Part shown: in pieces, positions 1-11,712 of the stretch
Position numbering within the stretch: the first letter of the stretch is position 1
Layout of the letters: each line of letters starts with the position of its first letter
Assembly (NCBI RefSeq): GCF_037042905.1
Contig: NC_087245.1
Span: 30,258,001 to 30,322,000 of the forward strand
Length of the DNA stretch: 64,000 bases
Origin: Lytechinus pictus
Taxonomy: Eukaryota
Reading direction: 5' to 3'
Translations under genes and position numbers: made by a program
The notes under the pieces: model-generated
What the model was told of the DNA's origin: nothing
The model's input: only the letters and a program-made list of their open reading frames with translations
Database searches by the model: none

Positions 1-189
1 TTAAGGGGGGGGCAATAATGCCCCCCCCCCCCGGAATGACAAGAATCAAAACACCCCGGGAGATTTAGGGTTGAAGAAAAAAGAAGGGGTCTGTGACATT
101 TGCTACGGCAATATTCGCTTCGATGAAAAATATGCAAGTTGAGCCAAACATTAAATATAACCTCAAAACTGAATAAACCCAAATCACTA

Positions 190-780
190 TATTTCAATTC
201 GATTCAATCTATTTTTTTTTTTCATTTTCAATAGAACAAAGTAAGGTGGTCGAAATAATTACCTTGAATTTATAGAGACAAAATAAATTGAGGCATGTAC
301 AATATATGATATTTATCTATAAGTAAAAGTAAAACAAAACAGAGTATTATATATAATCAAAATATCATAAACATTATAAAATAAAATTTTGAGAAAATGG
401 AGGGATACACTAAAAAGCAGTGCTTGTATTGTATGGACCCCTCTAAATAATTTCAGATTTGCCTACGAAGGTGACAAAACAGAGAACACCAGAACAAAAA
501 AAAACAAAGAACAAGGAACAAGAAAAATGGAAACACAAGGGGTACGAAGATAAAAGGGAAAATAGATAAAAGAAGATAATAGAGCAGGACTTCGACGCGC
601 GGATGATAAAAAAAAGAAAATAAGTTATGGAGGCATGAAATGGTGAATTTAATGATATGATTATTCAAAATTAAGGAAATGATGACCTGTATGATTTCAG
701 ACAATTATTTTTGAGTTTCATTTTAAAAGAACAGAGGGATTGACTTTTAATTATATCTTCACTAAGGGAGTTATAGAATC
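190..780 (-). mobile_element. 3' end and 3' UTR of an L2/Crack-like LINE
   Basis: Minus frame ...YNSLSEDIIKSQSLCSFKMKLK resembles a LINE ORF2 C-terminus. The 3' UTR motif GGAGGGATACACTAAAAAGCAGTGCTTGTA resembles the LINE 3' UTR near 53050. TTCAA-type tail near 192-208. Confidence 0.6.
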
Positions 781-785
781 CACAC

Positions 786-1042
786 GGGTCGTGTGGTCCA
801 GTGGTTAGAGCATTGGACTCATAATCGCAAGGTTGTGAGTTCGAATCCCATCTCTGCCATTGTCTCCACTTTGATAAAAAGGCCCGAGAGTGATATCTGT
901 CGTCTATAACGTCAGCCACTATGACTGATTTACCTAGACGTCAAATGTTTCATAGGTAATTGGTTATATACCAGCTTGGCGTTTCCCAGCAAAATGCTGT
1001 CCTGCCGAGTTCCAACGGGAGTTACCACAAACAGAAACAGAA
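786..1042 (+). mobile_element. tRNA-derived SINE (Met-like head)
   Basis: A-box TGGTCCAGTGGTTAGAGCA, anticodon loop CTCATAA, B-box GTTCGAATCC, then a non-tRNA body and an (ACAGAA)n-like tail. The acceptor stem does not pair well. Confidence 0.75.
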
Positions 1043-1529
1043 TCTCCGGGCCATCGTATATAAATGTGTTTTTTTAGCTAACAGTGTTCTTAAAAGACGT
1101 AAATGAAAGTCGTTAGACTGTCTCGTAGGGTACTATACGTGTACATTTCTCAAAAACTCTAACACTATGCTCTCTGAGATATTAAGACCAGACTTGAGAA
1201 GCGAGGGTTCTAGGGGTGAACCACCGCCAACATTTTCCATGGGGGGTACTGCGTGATAGGCAGCACCCCCTGGAATTCTGGTAGAATGAAGGTCATTTTG
1301 GTCAAGAGTAATATGAAATGCAATAAAAAAGGTGAGTTCTATAAAAAAAAATGTAGGTCAGTTTGGTTACATTTCTCCATTTTGTCATACCTACCAGATT
1401 TCCAGGACCAAAATGACCTTCATTTTGTAGTGAAACCCGTTTTTGTCCTTTCAAATTTACATCAGCACCCCCTGAAAAGAAGTCGTTCCCTAGGTCCTTA
1501 GCAAATGTCGCAGGACCCCCCCCCCCCCC

Positions 1530-1567
<38 letters not shown>

Positions 1568-2807
1568 CAGATATTTGGCGTACATCGACTTCCTTTAAGA
1601 GACTTATAGCCTATAGGGCCGTCTGCACCATCCCGAGTTTTCAAATTAGCGCGCTATTTCTGATCCGGCAAATTATCCCGATCTGAAAAATCTCGAGATA
1701 GTTGGCGGTGCAGACGCAATTATCGCGCTAGTTCGTAGGATTAATCTTGAGATTGCAATCCCAAGTCAACTCGGGTTTATTTGCAAAATAGCGCGCTATT
1801 TTACGAATTATCCCGCTAATTCGTCGGTGCAGACGCACTCGAGATTGGACTCGGGGTAATTTATTCATGACGTCAGTCCATAATGCAATTCGCGTTCCAC
1901 TTCCGCCTTGGTCAAAACATAAACACGTGCGAAAGTCAACTTTATACATGCGAATAGCGTTCATAAGCAACGATGGTGTCCCACCAGTGAATGGATTTTG
2001 GGAGAGACCAGACCGAAGGGCTAGGGGGAGGCGCTCATCGACGATGGTCATATTCAATAACAACACTGACAGCAGTGTTGTCTTATTCCTTCGCAAAATG
2101 TGAGCAAATAACATTTCTTTCCTCCTTCTCTCCCTCTCTCTCTCTCTCTGTCGTTGCCTCCTACTCCGCCATCATATTTAACGAAGAATACATCACTTCT
2201 TCACTCGCTGAGCTGAGAGGATTGTTGCATAACACCGGTTGAATTCGGCGAAAGTAATCAGGGTACTAATGGATAATTCGTTTTTCATTCCTGATTTTCG
2301 TAGAGCAAAAACGGAAGTCAACCTCATGGATTGGTCTTTGAAAACACAAAAACGAAATCACAACGAGAAAAACCCCGTTGTGATTTCATTTTTGGAGATC
2401 AAAAACAGAAGAATGAAATCAGAAATACTTTTGGTCCTCTCTGATACCTCATTCTATACCTGTGTTTGTTATATATTAAAAACAAAATCAGAACACGCTT
2501 TCTACCCCCTGATTCTGTTTGGAAAAACGCAGACAGCGAAAACGAAATCGGGTAGTTCGCTTTCCACTTCCTGCTCTCTGATTTCGTCTTTCGCACAGCC
2601 AACAGCCAACACACGTGCACGCAGTGCAGTGCATGCATGATACGACCACGTGCAACAAAAATTCACTTTAACATGGCTTTTTCCAGCGTTTTCGGACCTT
2701 CGCAGACAGTGGCGTAGCTAGGATTTTTTTCCCGGGGGGGGGGGGGACTGGGGGGTCCTTGCTTTTTCAGGGGGGGGGGCACCGGCCATTTTTTGCGGTG
2801 TGTGTGT

Positions 2808-3327
2808 AATAAAGTAATTTTTCAAGGGGCCCCCAGGGATATCCCGACGGCCTAGCCAGGGTAACCACGTATCCTAACTTGTAGAACTCGACTCGGGCAA
2901 CCAGATAAACACTAGCATGGCCCGGCGCATGCACATTTAGGGGGCTTAAATTAACAAAATTAAAGGGAATAAAGGGCTATTTATCGCATTTTAAAAATTA
3001 AAATAAAGTATTTTTCAAGGGGCCCCCAGGGATATCCCGACGGCCTAGCCAGGGTAACCACGTATCCTAACTTGTAGAACTCGACTCGGGCAACCAGGTA
3101 AACACTAGCTTGACCCGGTGCATGCACATTTAGGGGGCTCAAATTAACAAAAGTAAAGGGAATAAAGGGATATTTATCGCATTTTTAAAATTAATTTTTT
3201 TTTTCAAGGGGCCCCCAGGGATATCCCGACGGCCTAGCCAGGGTAACCACGTACCCTAACTTGGAGAACTCGACTCGGGCAACCAGATAAACACTAGCTT
3301 GACCCGGCGCATGCACATTTAGGGGGC
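2808..3327 (-). repeat. Left-arm array of the 194-bp repeat (about 2.7 copies, inverted)
   Basis: Reverse complement of the monomer at 7000-11712 (CAAGGGGCCCCCAGGGATATCCCGACGGCCTAGCCAGGGTAACCACG). Confidence 0.95.
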
Positions 3328-3845
3328 AACTGGTTAAAGCATCTCATGAGCAGATCTTATTCATATATTATACTCAGTCCTAAATCCTCCGCCAATAAAA
3401 TATTTCCGAAAGCTGAGTGACACCTGTATTTTTCTTTTATTTGCACAAAATATGTTCAATGGTTGCCCATTCTCTGTTTCTAGAATCAGTCTAATCATTA
3501 TACATATTCTTTTTTGTAATCAACTTACAAATTAAAAAAATGAGAATGGGTTGGGTCGAATGAATATCTTCAGCCTTCTGTTGTAGATCGTCATCTCTTG
3601 GAGAAAAGATGGGGGCGTATATCGATAGAAAACGTATTGTCAAAATATAAAATATGAGTATAAAGCTCCTCTAATCTTCGAATAATTCTCATGAGACATT
3701 TTCTTTTGCACGTGTAGCCTTCAATTCAATTAATTAGCAACTTAATATAATATGTGATGTATGTACCCGCGATTTGATTTAAAAAAAAAATGGCCATCTG
3801 CAATGTTAAAAAATATCACGAGGTTCTGGGGGCTCCGCCCCAGAC

Positions 3846-4521
3846 CAGTGGCGCCACCGAATGGGGAGGCCCCAGTGAGTTGCCCCCCCCCCCCCCCGAA
3901 ATTTGAAGAAACAAAATGTATAGTAAACGTTGTCATAATACTCCAAAAATGTTTTTTGTTCTTTAAATTTTAAAAATATTCTCATCCATTCACCGTTAGC
4001 ATTTAGGTCCCAACAATTTTGGTCACTAACATAAATCTTTCAGGCCATTATATAAAATTCAAAATGTAGCTCGCGATACGCGCTCGCAGTTATTAATGAT
4101 TATCTGTTCACATGGGGCTTAAAAATCAAATGTTATTAGAGTTTTCATTATTTGTTTTAGCGAGATACATATCCTGCGTATTCATAATTTCCATAGAGGA
4201 TTTATTTTCAGCGAATTAGATAGCCATTCATTTTATAATTAAAAAAAGGCTTAGAACGGCCAGGTATCATCCCGGATATAAAAAATTTTCAGCTCACGCT
4301 TCGCGCTCGCATTATTCATTTGGTGAGATATCATCTTCATGACCCAATTAATGCAAACAGCTGATTCTTAACAGTTCCCTTTTTAAATCAGTAGGGACTG
4401 CATTTGCAATAAAATTAGCTCGCGCTTCTCGCTCGATTTTTTTTTTAAATGTGTGCCATCCCCCCGGCCCCAAAATGTTTGTTTGCCTCCTCCTAGGTTA
4501 AAAACCCTAGTACCGTCATTG
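3846..4521. mobile_element. hAT-like non-autonomous element
   Basis: Ends CAGTGGCG...CGTCATTG. 8-bp TSD CCCCAGAC/CCCCGGAC (1 mismatch). An uninterrupted homologous site is visible at about 6732-6800. Internal CGCTTCGCGCTCGC motifs. Confidence 0.7.
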
Positions 4522-5084
4522 CCCCGGACCCGAACCGCATAGCACTGCCCCCCCCAAAAAAAAAAAAAAAAAAAAAAAAAGTTCTACAACCGAGAAAAAA
4601 AAATGATAAAAGGAAAGAAAGAAAAGGAAGAGGAAAGATATGTCATTTTCTGCATACCATGTCAAAATCAATCTCAAAATTGAAGGTGATTTTTATTCTC
4701 GCTCGCTTCGCTCGCTGGAGACTTATTATTAAGCAAATTTTTGCTGCGTGCGCCATGGTGTGCCCCCTCTATTTTGTTCTTATCTCGCATTGAGCTTCGC
4801 ACTAATGCTCGGGGCATAATCATAAAATATCCTGTTCATACAATGATATGACCCCTCCGTTCTCCCTTCTCTTTCTCTCCCTTTCCCCCTCCTTTTCTTT
4901 CCTATCTCTCCCTTTCGCTTCTCTCTCTTCTATTTTGTCTTCTCTCTTTCCTTGTTGTTTTTTACTCTACCCATCGGCAGCACTAAGGGATGGGGGGAAA
5001 AGTCAGGACCGTGGTTCCCCATGCTTGAAAAAGCCCGTATTCCTTTACTTTTGTTAATTTTAGCCCCCATAATGAGCATGCAAC

Positions 5085-6999
5085 CAGTTGCGTAACAGGC
5101 GGGGGGGGGGGCAAGCTGCCCCCCTTCCCCCTGGCGGAGTTCACCGTGAAAATGTTAAGAAAAAAAAACCGGGAAAAGGAAAAAATAAGGGGAGAAAGAA
5201 AGAAAGGGAAAGGAAAAGGAAAGGAAAAAAGATGAAAGGGGGAAAAGGGAGGGGAATAGAAAAGGGTAAGGGAAAATAAAACTAAGAGAAAAAAAAGGGA
5301 AAACGGAAAGAATTTGGAAAAAGGAAGGAAAGAAGAACATGTGAGGAAGAACAATTTTCCCAGATATACACATACATTAGCATGATTAGTAAGACAGGGA
5401 AATGAATTAAAGATGACAAAAAGGCAAACAAAAGCGGGAAATTAAGGTAGAATGGAATGAGGCAAAATCTAAATTGGAAAATAAAAAAAAGGGACAAGAT
5501 GGGCTGCTGAGGATTGAAGATAACGAGAGGGAAAAAAAGATGGATGGTATATAGCATAATTTCGTATGAAAGTCTATTATAAACTTGCTAAATATCCAAA
5601 GCTACCGGGGGCTCTGTCCAAGAGTCAAGACCCCGTCAGTGGAGGCTCTTAACCTGTAACCTTTAAAGGGCTCTATAACGGCCCCCTATATGGATCCTTC
5701 CGTTGAAGCACTGGCGTACGGGGGGGGGGGTTCCACAGCCAAGGGGAAATAAAAGAAAATGAAGGAGGCAGCGTAATGAGATGAATAAAATATTTTTAAA
5801 AATATATAAGACATGACATTTGCTATGATGTAAAAATCTATCACATAATTATAATTTTATTTCAAAATGCCATTTTTCTTCTGGCTCGCTTCGCTCGCTG
5901 GCGACTTTTTTTTAAAACAAATTTTCCCACATTTGCTATGGTGTGCCCCCTTAAAATATTTGGATGATTACGGTACACAACTACATTGATTGATTGATTG
6001 ATTGATCGACTAAATTTCCAAAGCGACTATCACATAATTAGAATTTAATTTCAAAATAATTTTAAAAGACAGGGAAATAAATTAAAGATGATAAAGGCAA
6101 ACAAAAGCGAGTGAAGGTTGAATGGAATGAGGCAAAATCTAAATTGGAAAATTAAAAAAAGGGACAAGATATTACTACCGGGCTGCTGAGGATTGAAGAT
6201 AACGAGCGGGAAAAAAAGATGGATGGTATATAGCATAATTTCGTATGAAAGTCTATTATAAACTTGTTAAATATCCAAAGCTACCGGGGGCTCTGTCCAA
6301 GAGTCAAGACCCCGTGCAGTGGAGGCTCTTAACTTGTAACTTTTAAAGGGCTCTATAACGGGCCCCTATATGGACCCTTCCTGCATTAACCTTTGCGTTG
6401 AAGCACTGGCGTACGGGGGGGGGATTGGTTCCACAGCCAAGGGGAAATAAAAGAATATGAAGGAGGCAGCGAAATGAGATGAATGAAATAAAAAAAATAT
6501 AAGACATGATATTTGCTGTGATGTAAAAGTCTATCACACAATTCAATTTTATTTCAAAAGGCCATTTTTCTTCTGGCTCGTTTCGCTCGCTGCCGACTTT
6601 TTACAAATTTTCCCACATTTGCTATGGTAGACCCCCTCAAAATATTTAGATGATTACGGTACACAACTGCAGCACTGAATTTATGTGTAGTGTGAAAGCT
6701 ATATAAATATACACGCAATTTGATTAAAATTAGTGGCCATCTGTAAGGTTTAAAATGGCTTTAATATCAAGAGGTTCCGGGGCTCTACCCCGGACCCCAC
6801 TCATTTTTGCCATTAAAATGTCAAAAATTTTGCTCGAACGCTCCGCTCGCTCGCATAAATATATATTTTTGTCCGATACTCCATAATATCGCCCCCTCAA
6901 AATTTTTGCCTTATGACTCCATTGCCTGCTTTATGATGTGACCGGGAAATTCTTGGTTCTTGCCCCCCCCCCCAGCCACCGACCCCTGTTACGCCACTG
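5085..6999. mobile_element. hAT-like non-autonomous element inserted in the innermost satellite monomer
   Basis: TIR CAGTTGCGTAACAGG / CCTGTTACGCCACTG. Exact 8-bp TSD CATGCAAC (5077-5084, 7000-7007). Internal ~0.6-kb direct duplication (about 5391-5982 vs 6066-6668). Confidence 0.9.
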
Positions 7000-9900
7000 C
7001 ATGCAACGGGTCAAGCAAATGTGTATCTGGTTGCCCGAGTCGAGTTCTACAAGTTAGGATACTAGGTTACCCTGGCTAGGCCGTTGGAATATCCCTGGGG
7101 GCCCCTTGAAAAAATACTTTATTTTAATTTTAAAAATGCGATAAATAGCCCTTTATTCCCTTTAATTTTGCTAACTTTAGCCCCCTAAATGTGCATGCGC
7201 CGGGTCAAATCAGTGTTTATCTGATCGCCCGAGTCAAGTTCTACAAGTTAGGATACGTGGTTACCCTGGCTAGGCCGTCAGGATATCACTGGGGGCCCCT
7301 TGAAAAAATACTTTATTTTAATTCTAAAAATGCGATAAATATCCCTTTATTCCCTTTAATTTTGTTAATTTGAGCCCCCTAAATGTGCATGCGCCGGGTC
7401 AAATCAGTGTTTATCTCTGGGGGCCCCTTGAAAAAATACTTTATTTTAATTTTAAAAATGCGATAAATAGCCCTTTATTCCCTTTAATTTTGTTAATTTA
7501 AGCCCCCTAAATGTGCATGCGCCGGGCCATGCTAGTGTTTATCTGGTTGCCCGAGTCGAGTTCTCCAAGTTAGGATACGTGGTTACCCTGGCTAGGCCGT
7601 CGGGATATCCCTGGTGGCCCCTTGAAAAATTACTTTATTTTAATTTAAAAAATGTGATAAATAGCCCTTTATTCCCTTTAATTTTGTTAATTTTAGCCCC
7701 CTAAATGTGCATGCGCCGGGTCAAGTCAGTTTTTATCTGATCGCCCGAGTCAAGTTCTACAAGTTAGGATACGTGGTTACCCTGGCTAGGCCGTCGGGAT
7801 ATCCCTGGGGGCCCCTTGAAAAAATACTTTATTTTAATTTAAAAAATGCGATAAATAGCCCTTTATTCCCTTTAATTTTGTTAATTTTAGCCCCCTAAAT
7901 GTGCATGCGCCGGGTCAAATAAGTTTTTATCGGATCGCCCGAGTCAAGTTCTACAAGTTAGGATACGTGGTTACCCTGGCTAGGCCGTCAGGATATCCCT
8001 GGGGGCCCCTTGAAAAAATACTTTATTTTAATTCTAAAAATGCGATAAATATCCCTTTATTCCCTTTAATTTTGTTAATTTGAGCCCTCTAAATGTGCAT
8101 ACGCCGGGTCAAATCAGTGTTTATCTGGTTGCCCGAGTCGAGTTCTCCAATTTAGGGTACGTGGTTACCCTGGCTAGGCCGTCGGGATATCCCTGGTGGC
8201 CCCTTGAAAAATTACTTTATTTTAATTTAAAAAATGCGATAAATAGCCCTTTATTCCCTTTAATTTTGTTAAATTTAGCCCTCTAAATGTGCATGCGCCG
8301 GGTCAAGTCAGTGTTTACCTGGTTGCCCGAGTCAAGTTCTACAAGTTAGGATACGTGGTTGCCCTGGCTAGGCCGTCGGGATATCCCTGGGGGCCCCTTG
8401 AAAATTTACTTTATTTTAATTAAAAAAATGCGATAAATAGCCCTTTATTCCCTTTAATTTTGTTAATTTTAGCCCCCTAAATGTGCATGCGCCGGGTCAA
8501 GTCAGTTTTTATCTGATCGCCCGAGTCAAGTTCTACAAGTTAGGATACGTGGTTACCCTGGCTAGGCCGTCGGGATATCCCTGGGGGCCCCTTGAAAAAA
8601 TACTTTATTTTAATTTAAAAAATGCGATAAATAGCCCTTTATTCCCTTTAATTTTGTTAATTTTAGCCCCCTAAATGTGCATGCGCCGGGTCAAATAAGT
8701 TTTTATCTGATCGCCCGAGTCAAGTTCTACAAGTTAGGATACGTGGTTACCCTGGCTAGGCCGTCAGGATATCCCTGGGGGCCCCTTGAAAAAATGCTTT
8801 ATTTTAATTTTAAAAATGCGATAAATAGCCCTTTATTCCCTTTAATTTTGTTAATTTTAGCCCCCTAAATGTGCATGCGCCGGATCAAATCAGTGTTTAT
8901 CTGGTTGCCCGAGTCGAGTTCTACAAGTTAGGGTACGTGGTTGCCCTGGCTAGGCCGTCGGGATATCCCTGGGGGCCCCTTGAAAATTTACTTTATTTTA
9001 ATTTAAAAAATGCGATAAATAGCCCTTTATTCCCTTTAATTTTGTTAATTTTAGCCCCCTAAATGTGCATGCGCCGGGTCAAGTCAGTTTTTATCTGATC
9101 GCCCGAGTCAAGTTCTACAAGTTAGGATACGTGGTTACCCTGGCTAGGCCGTCGGGATATCCCTGGGGGCCCCTTGAAAAAATACTTTATTTTAATTTAA
9201 AAAATGCGATAAATAGCCCTTTATTCCCTTTAATTTTGTTAATTTTAGCCCCCTAAATGTGCATGCGCCGGGTCAAATAAGTTTTTATCGGATCGCCCGA
9301 GTCAAGTTCTACAAGTTAGGATACGTGGTTACCCTGGCTAGGCCGTCAGGATATCCCTGGGGGCCCCTTGAAAAAATACTTTATTTTAATTTTAAAAATG
9401 CGATAAATAGCCCTTTATTCCCTTTAATTTTGTTAATTTTAGCCCCCTAAATGTGCATGCGCCGGATCAAATCAGTGTTTATCTGGTTGCCCGAGTCGAG
9501 TTCTACAAGTTAGGGTACGTGGTTGCCCTGGCTAGGCCGTCGGGATATCCCTGGGGGCCCCTTGAAAATTTACTTTATTTTAATTTAAAAAATGCGATAA
9601 ATAGCCCTTTATTCCCTTTAATTTTGTTAATTTTAGCCCCCTAAATGTGCATGCGCCGGATCAAGTCAGTGTTTACCTGGTTGCCCGAGTCAAGTTCTAC
9701 AAGTTAGGATACGTGGTTGCCCTGGCTAGGCCGTCGGGATATCCCTGGGGGCCCCTTGAAAATTTACTTTATTTTAATTAAAAAAATGCGATAAATAGCC
9801 CTTTATTCCCTTTAATTTTGTTAATTTTAGCCCCCTAAATGTGCATGCGCCGGGTCAAGTCAGTTTTTATCTGATCGCCCGAGTCAAGTTCTACAAGTTA

Positions 9901-11712
9901 GGATACGTGGTTACCCTGGCTAGGCCGTCGGGATATCCCTGGGGGCCCCTTGAAAAAATACTTTATTTTAATTTAAAAAATGCGATAAATAGCCCTTTAT
10001 TCCCTTTAATTTTGTTAATTTTAGCCCCCTAAATGTGCATGCGCCGGGTCAAATAAGTTTTTATCTGATCGCCCGAGTCAAGTTCTACAAGTTAGGATAC
10101 GTGGTTACCCTGGCTAGGCCGTCAGGATATCCCTGGGGGCCCCTTGAAAAAATACTTTATTTTAATTTTAAAAATGCGATAAATAGCCCTTTATTCCCTT
10201 TAATTTTGTTAATTTTAGCCCCCTAAATGTGCATGCGCCGGATCAAATCAGTGTTTATCTGGTTGCCCGAGTCGAGTTCTACAAGTTAGGGTACGTGGTT
10301 GCCCTGGCTAGGCCGTCGGGATATCCCTGGGGGCCCCTTGAAAATTTACTTTATTTTAATTTAAAAAATGCGATAAATAGCCCTTTATTCCCTTTAATTT
10401 TGTTAATTTTAGCCCCCTAAATGTGCATGCGCCGGGTCAAGTCAGTTTTTATCTGATCGCCCGAGTCAAGTTCTACAAGTTAGGATACGTGGTTACCCTG
10501 GCTAGGCCGTCGGGATATCCCTGGGGGCCCCTTGAAAAAATACTTTATTTTAATTTAAAAAATGCGATAAATAGCCCTTTATTCCCTTTAATTTTGTTAA
10601 TTTTAGCCCCCTAAATGTGCATGCGCCGGGTCAAATAAGTTTTTATCGGATCGCCCGAGTCAAGTTCTACAAGTTAGGATACGTGGTTACCCTGGCTAGG
10701 CCGTCAGGATATCCCTGGGGGCCCCTTGAAAAAATACTTTATTTTAATTTTAAAAATGCGATAAATAGCCCTTTATTCCCTTTAATTTTGTTAATTTTAG
10801 CCCCCTAAATGTGCATGCGCCGGATCAAATCAGTGTTTATCTGGTTGCCCGAGTCGAGTTCTACAAGTTAGGGTACGTAGTTGCCCTGGCTAGGCCGTCG
10901 GGATATCCCTAGGGGCCCCTTGAAAATTTACTTTATTTTAATTTAAAAAATGCGATAAATAGCCCTTTATTCCCTTTAATTTTGTTAATTTTAGCCCCCT
11001 AAATGTGCATGCGCCGGGTCAAGTCAGTTTTTATCTGATCGCCCGAGTCAAGTTCTACAAGTTAGGATACGTGGTTACCCTGGCTAGGCCGTCGGGATAT
11101 CCCTGGGGGCCCCTTGAAAAAATACTTTATTTTAATTAAAAAATGCGATAAATAGCCCTTTATTCCCTTTAATTTTGTTAATTTTAGCCCCCTAAATGTG
11201 CATGCGCCGGGTCAAATCAGTTTTTATCTGATCGCCCGAGTCAAGTTCTATAAGTTAGGATACGTGGTTACGCTGGCTAGGCCGTCAGGATATCCCTGGG
11301 GGCCCCTTGAAAAAATACTTTATTTTAATCATCTAAAAATGCGATAAATATCCCTTTATTCCCTTTAATTTTGTTAATTTGAGCCCCCTAAATGTGCATG
11401 CGCCGGGTCAAATCAGTGTTTATCTGGTTGCCCGAGTCGAGTTCTCCAAGTTAGGATACGTGGTTACCCTGGCTAGGCTATCGGGATACCCCTGGGGCCC
11501 CTTGAAAATTTACTTTATTTTAATTTTAAAAATGCGATAAATAGCCCTTTATTCCCTTTAATTTTGTTAATTTGAGCCCCCTTAATGTGCATGCGCCGGG
11601 TCAAGTCAGTGTTTATCTGGCTGCCCGTGTCGAGCTGTACAAGTTAGGGTACGTGGTTACCCTGGCTAGGCCGTCGGGATATCCCTGGGGCGCCCCTTGA
11701 AAAATTACTTTA
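7000..11712 (+). repeat. 194-bp tandem satellite array, about 24-25 monomers, in the right arm of the foldback
   Basis: 194-bp period (starts 7513, 7707, 7901 ... 8483, 8677, 8871 ...). One internally deleted monomer near 7385-7512. A diverged partial monomer lies at about 5030-5084, before the hAT insertion. Confidence 0.98.

Noticed and set aside
786..858. Functional tRNA-Met gene (likewise a tRNA at 49407-49482)
   Set aside because: Poor acceptor-stem pairing, no adjacent oligo-T terminator, and a SINE-like body and tail at the first site.
2239..2640. Duplicated 133-aa protein gene (with 11909-12307)
   Set aside because: The identity is explained by the inverted arms. Non-ATG start in the left copy and no recognisable domain.
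7191..10808. Series of 60-68-aa ORFs (MHAPG...) resembling a tandem gene family
   Set aside because: They are one frame of the 194-bp satellite, start at GTG, have no intergenic space, and are broken in several monomers.
7000..11712. CRISPR-like array
   Set aside because: Whole units repeat with no unique spacers, no cas genes are present, and the context is eukaryotic.
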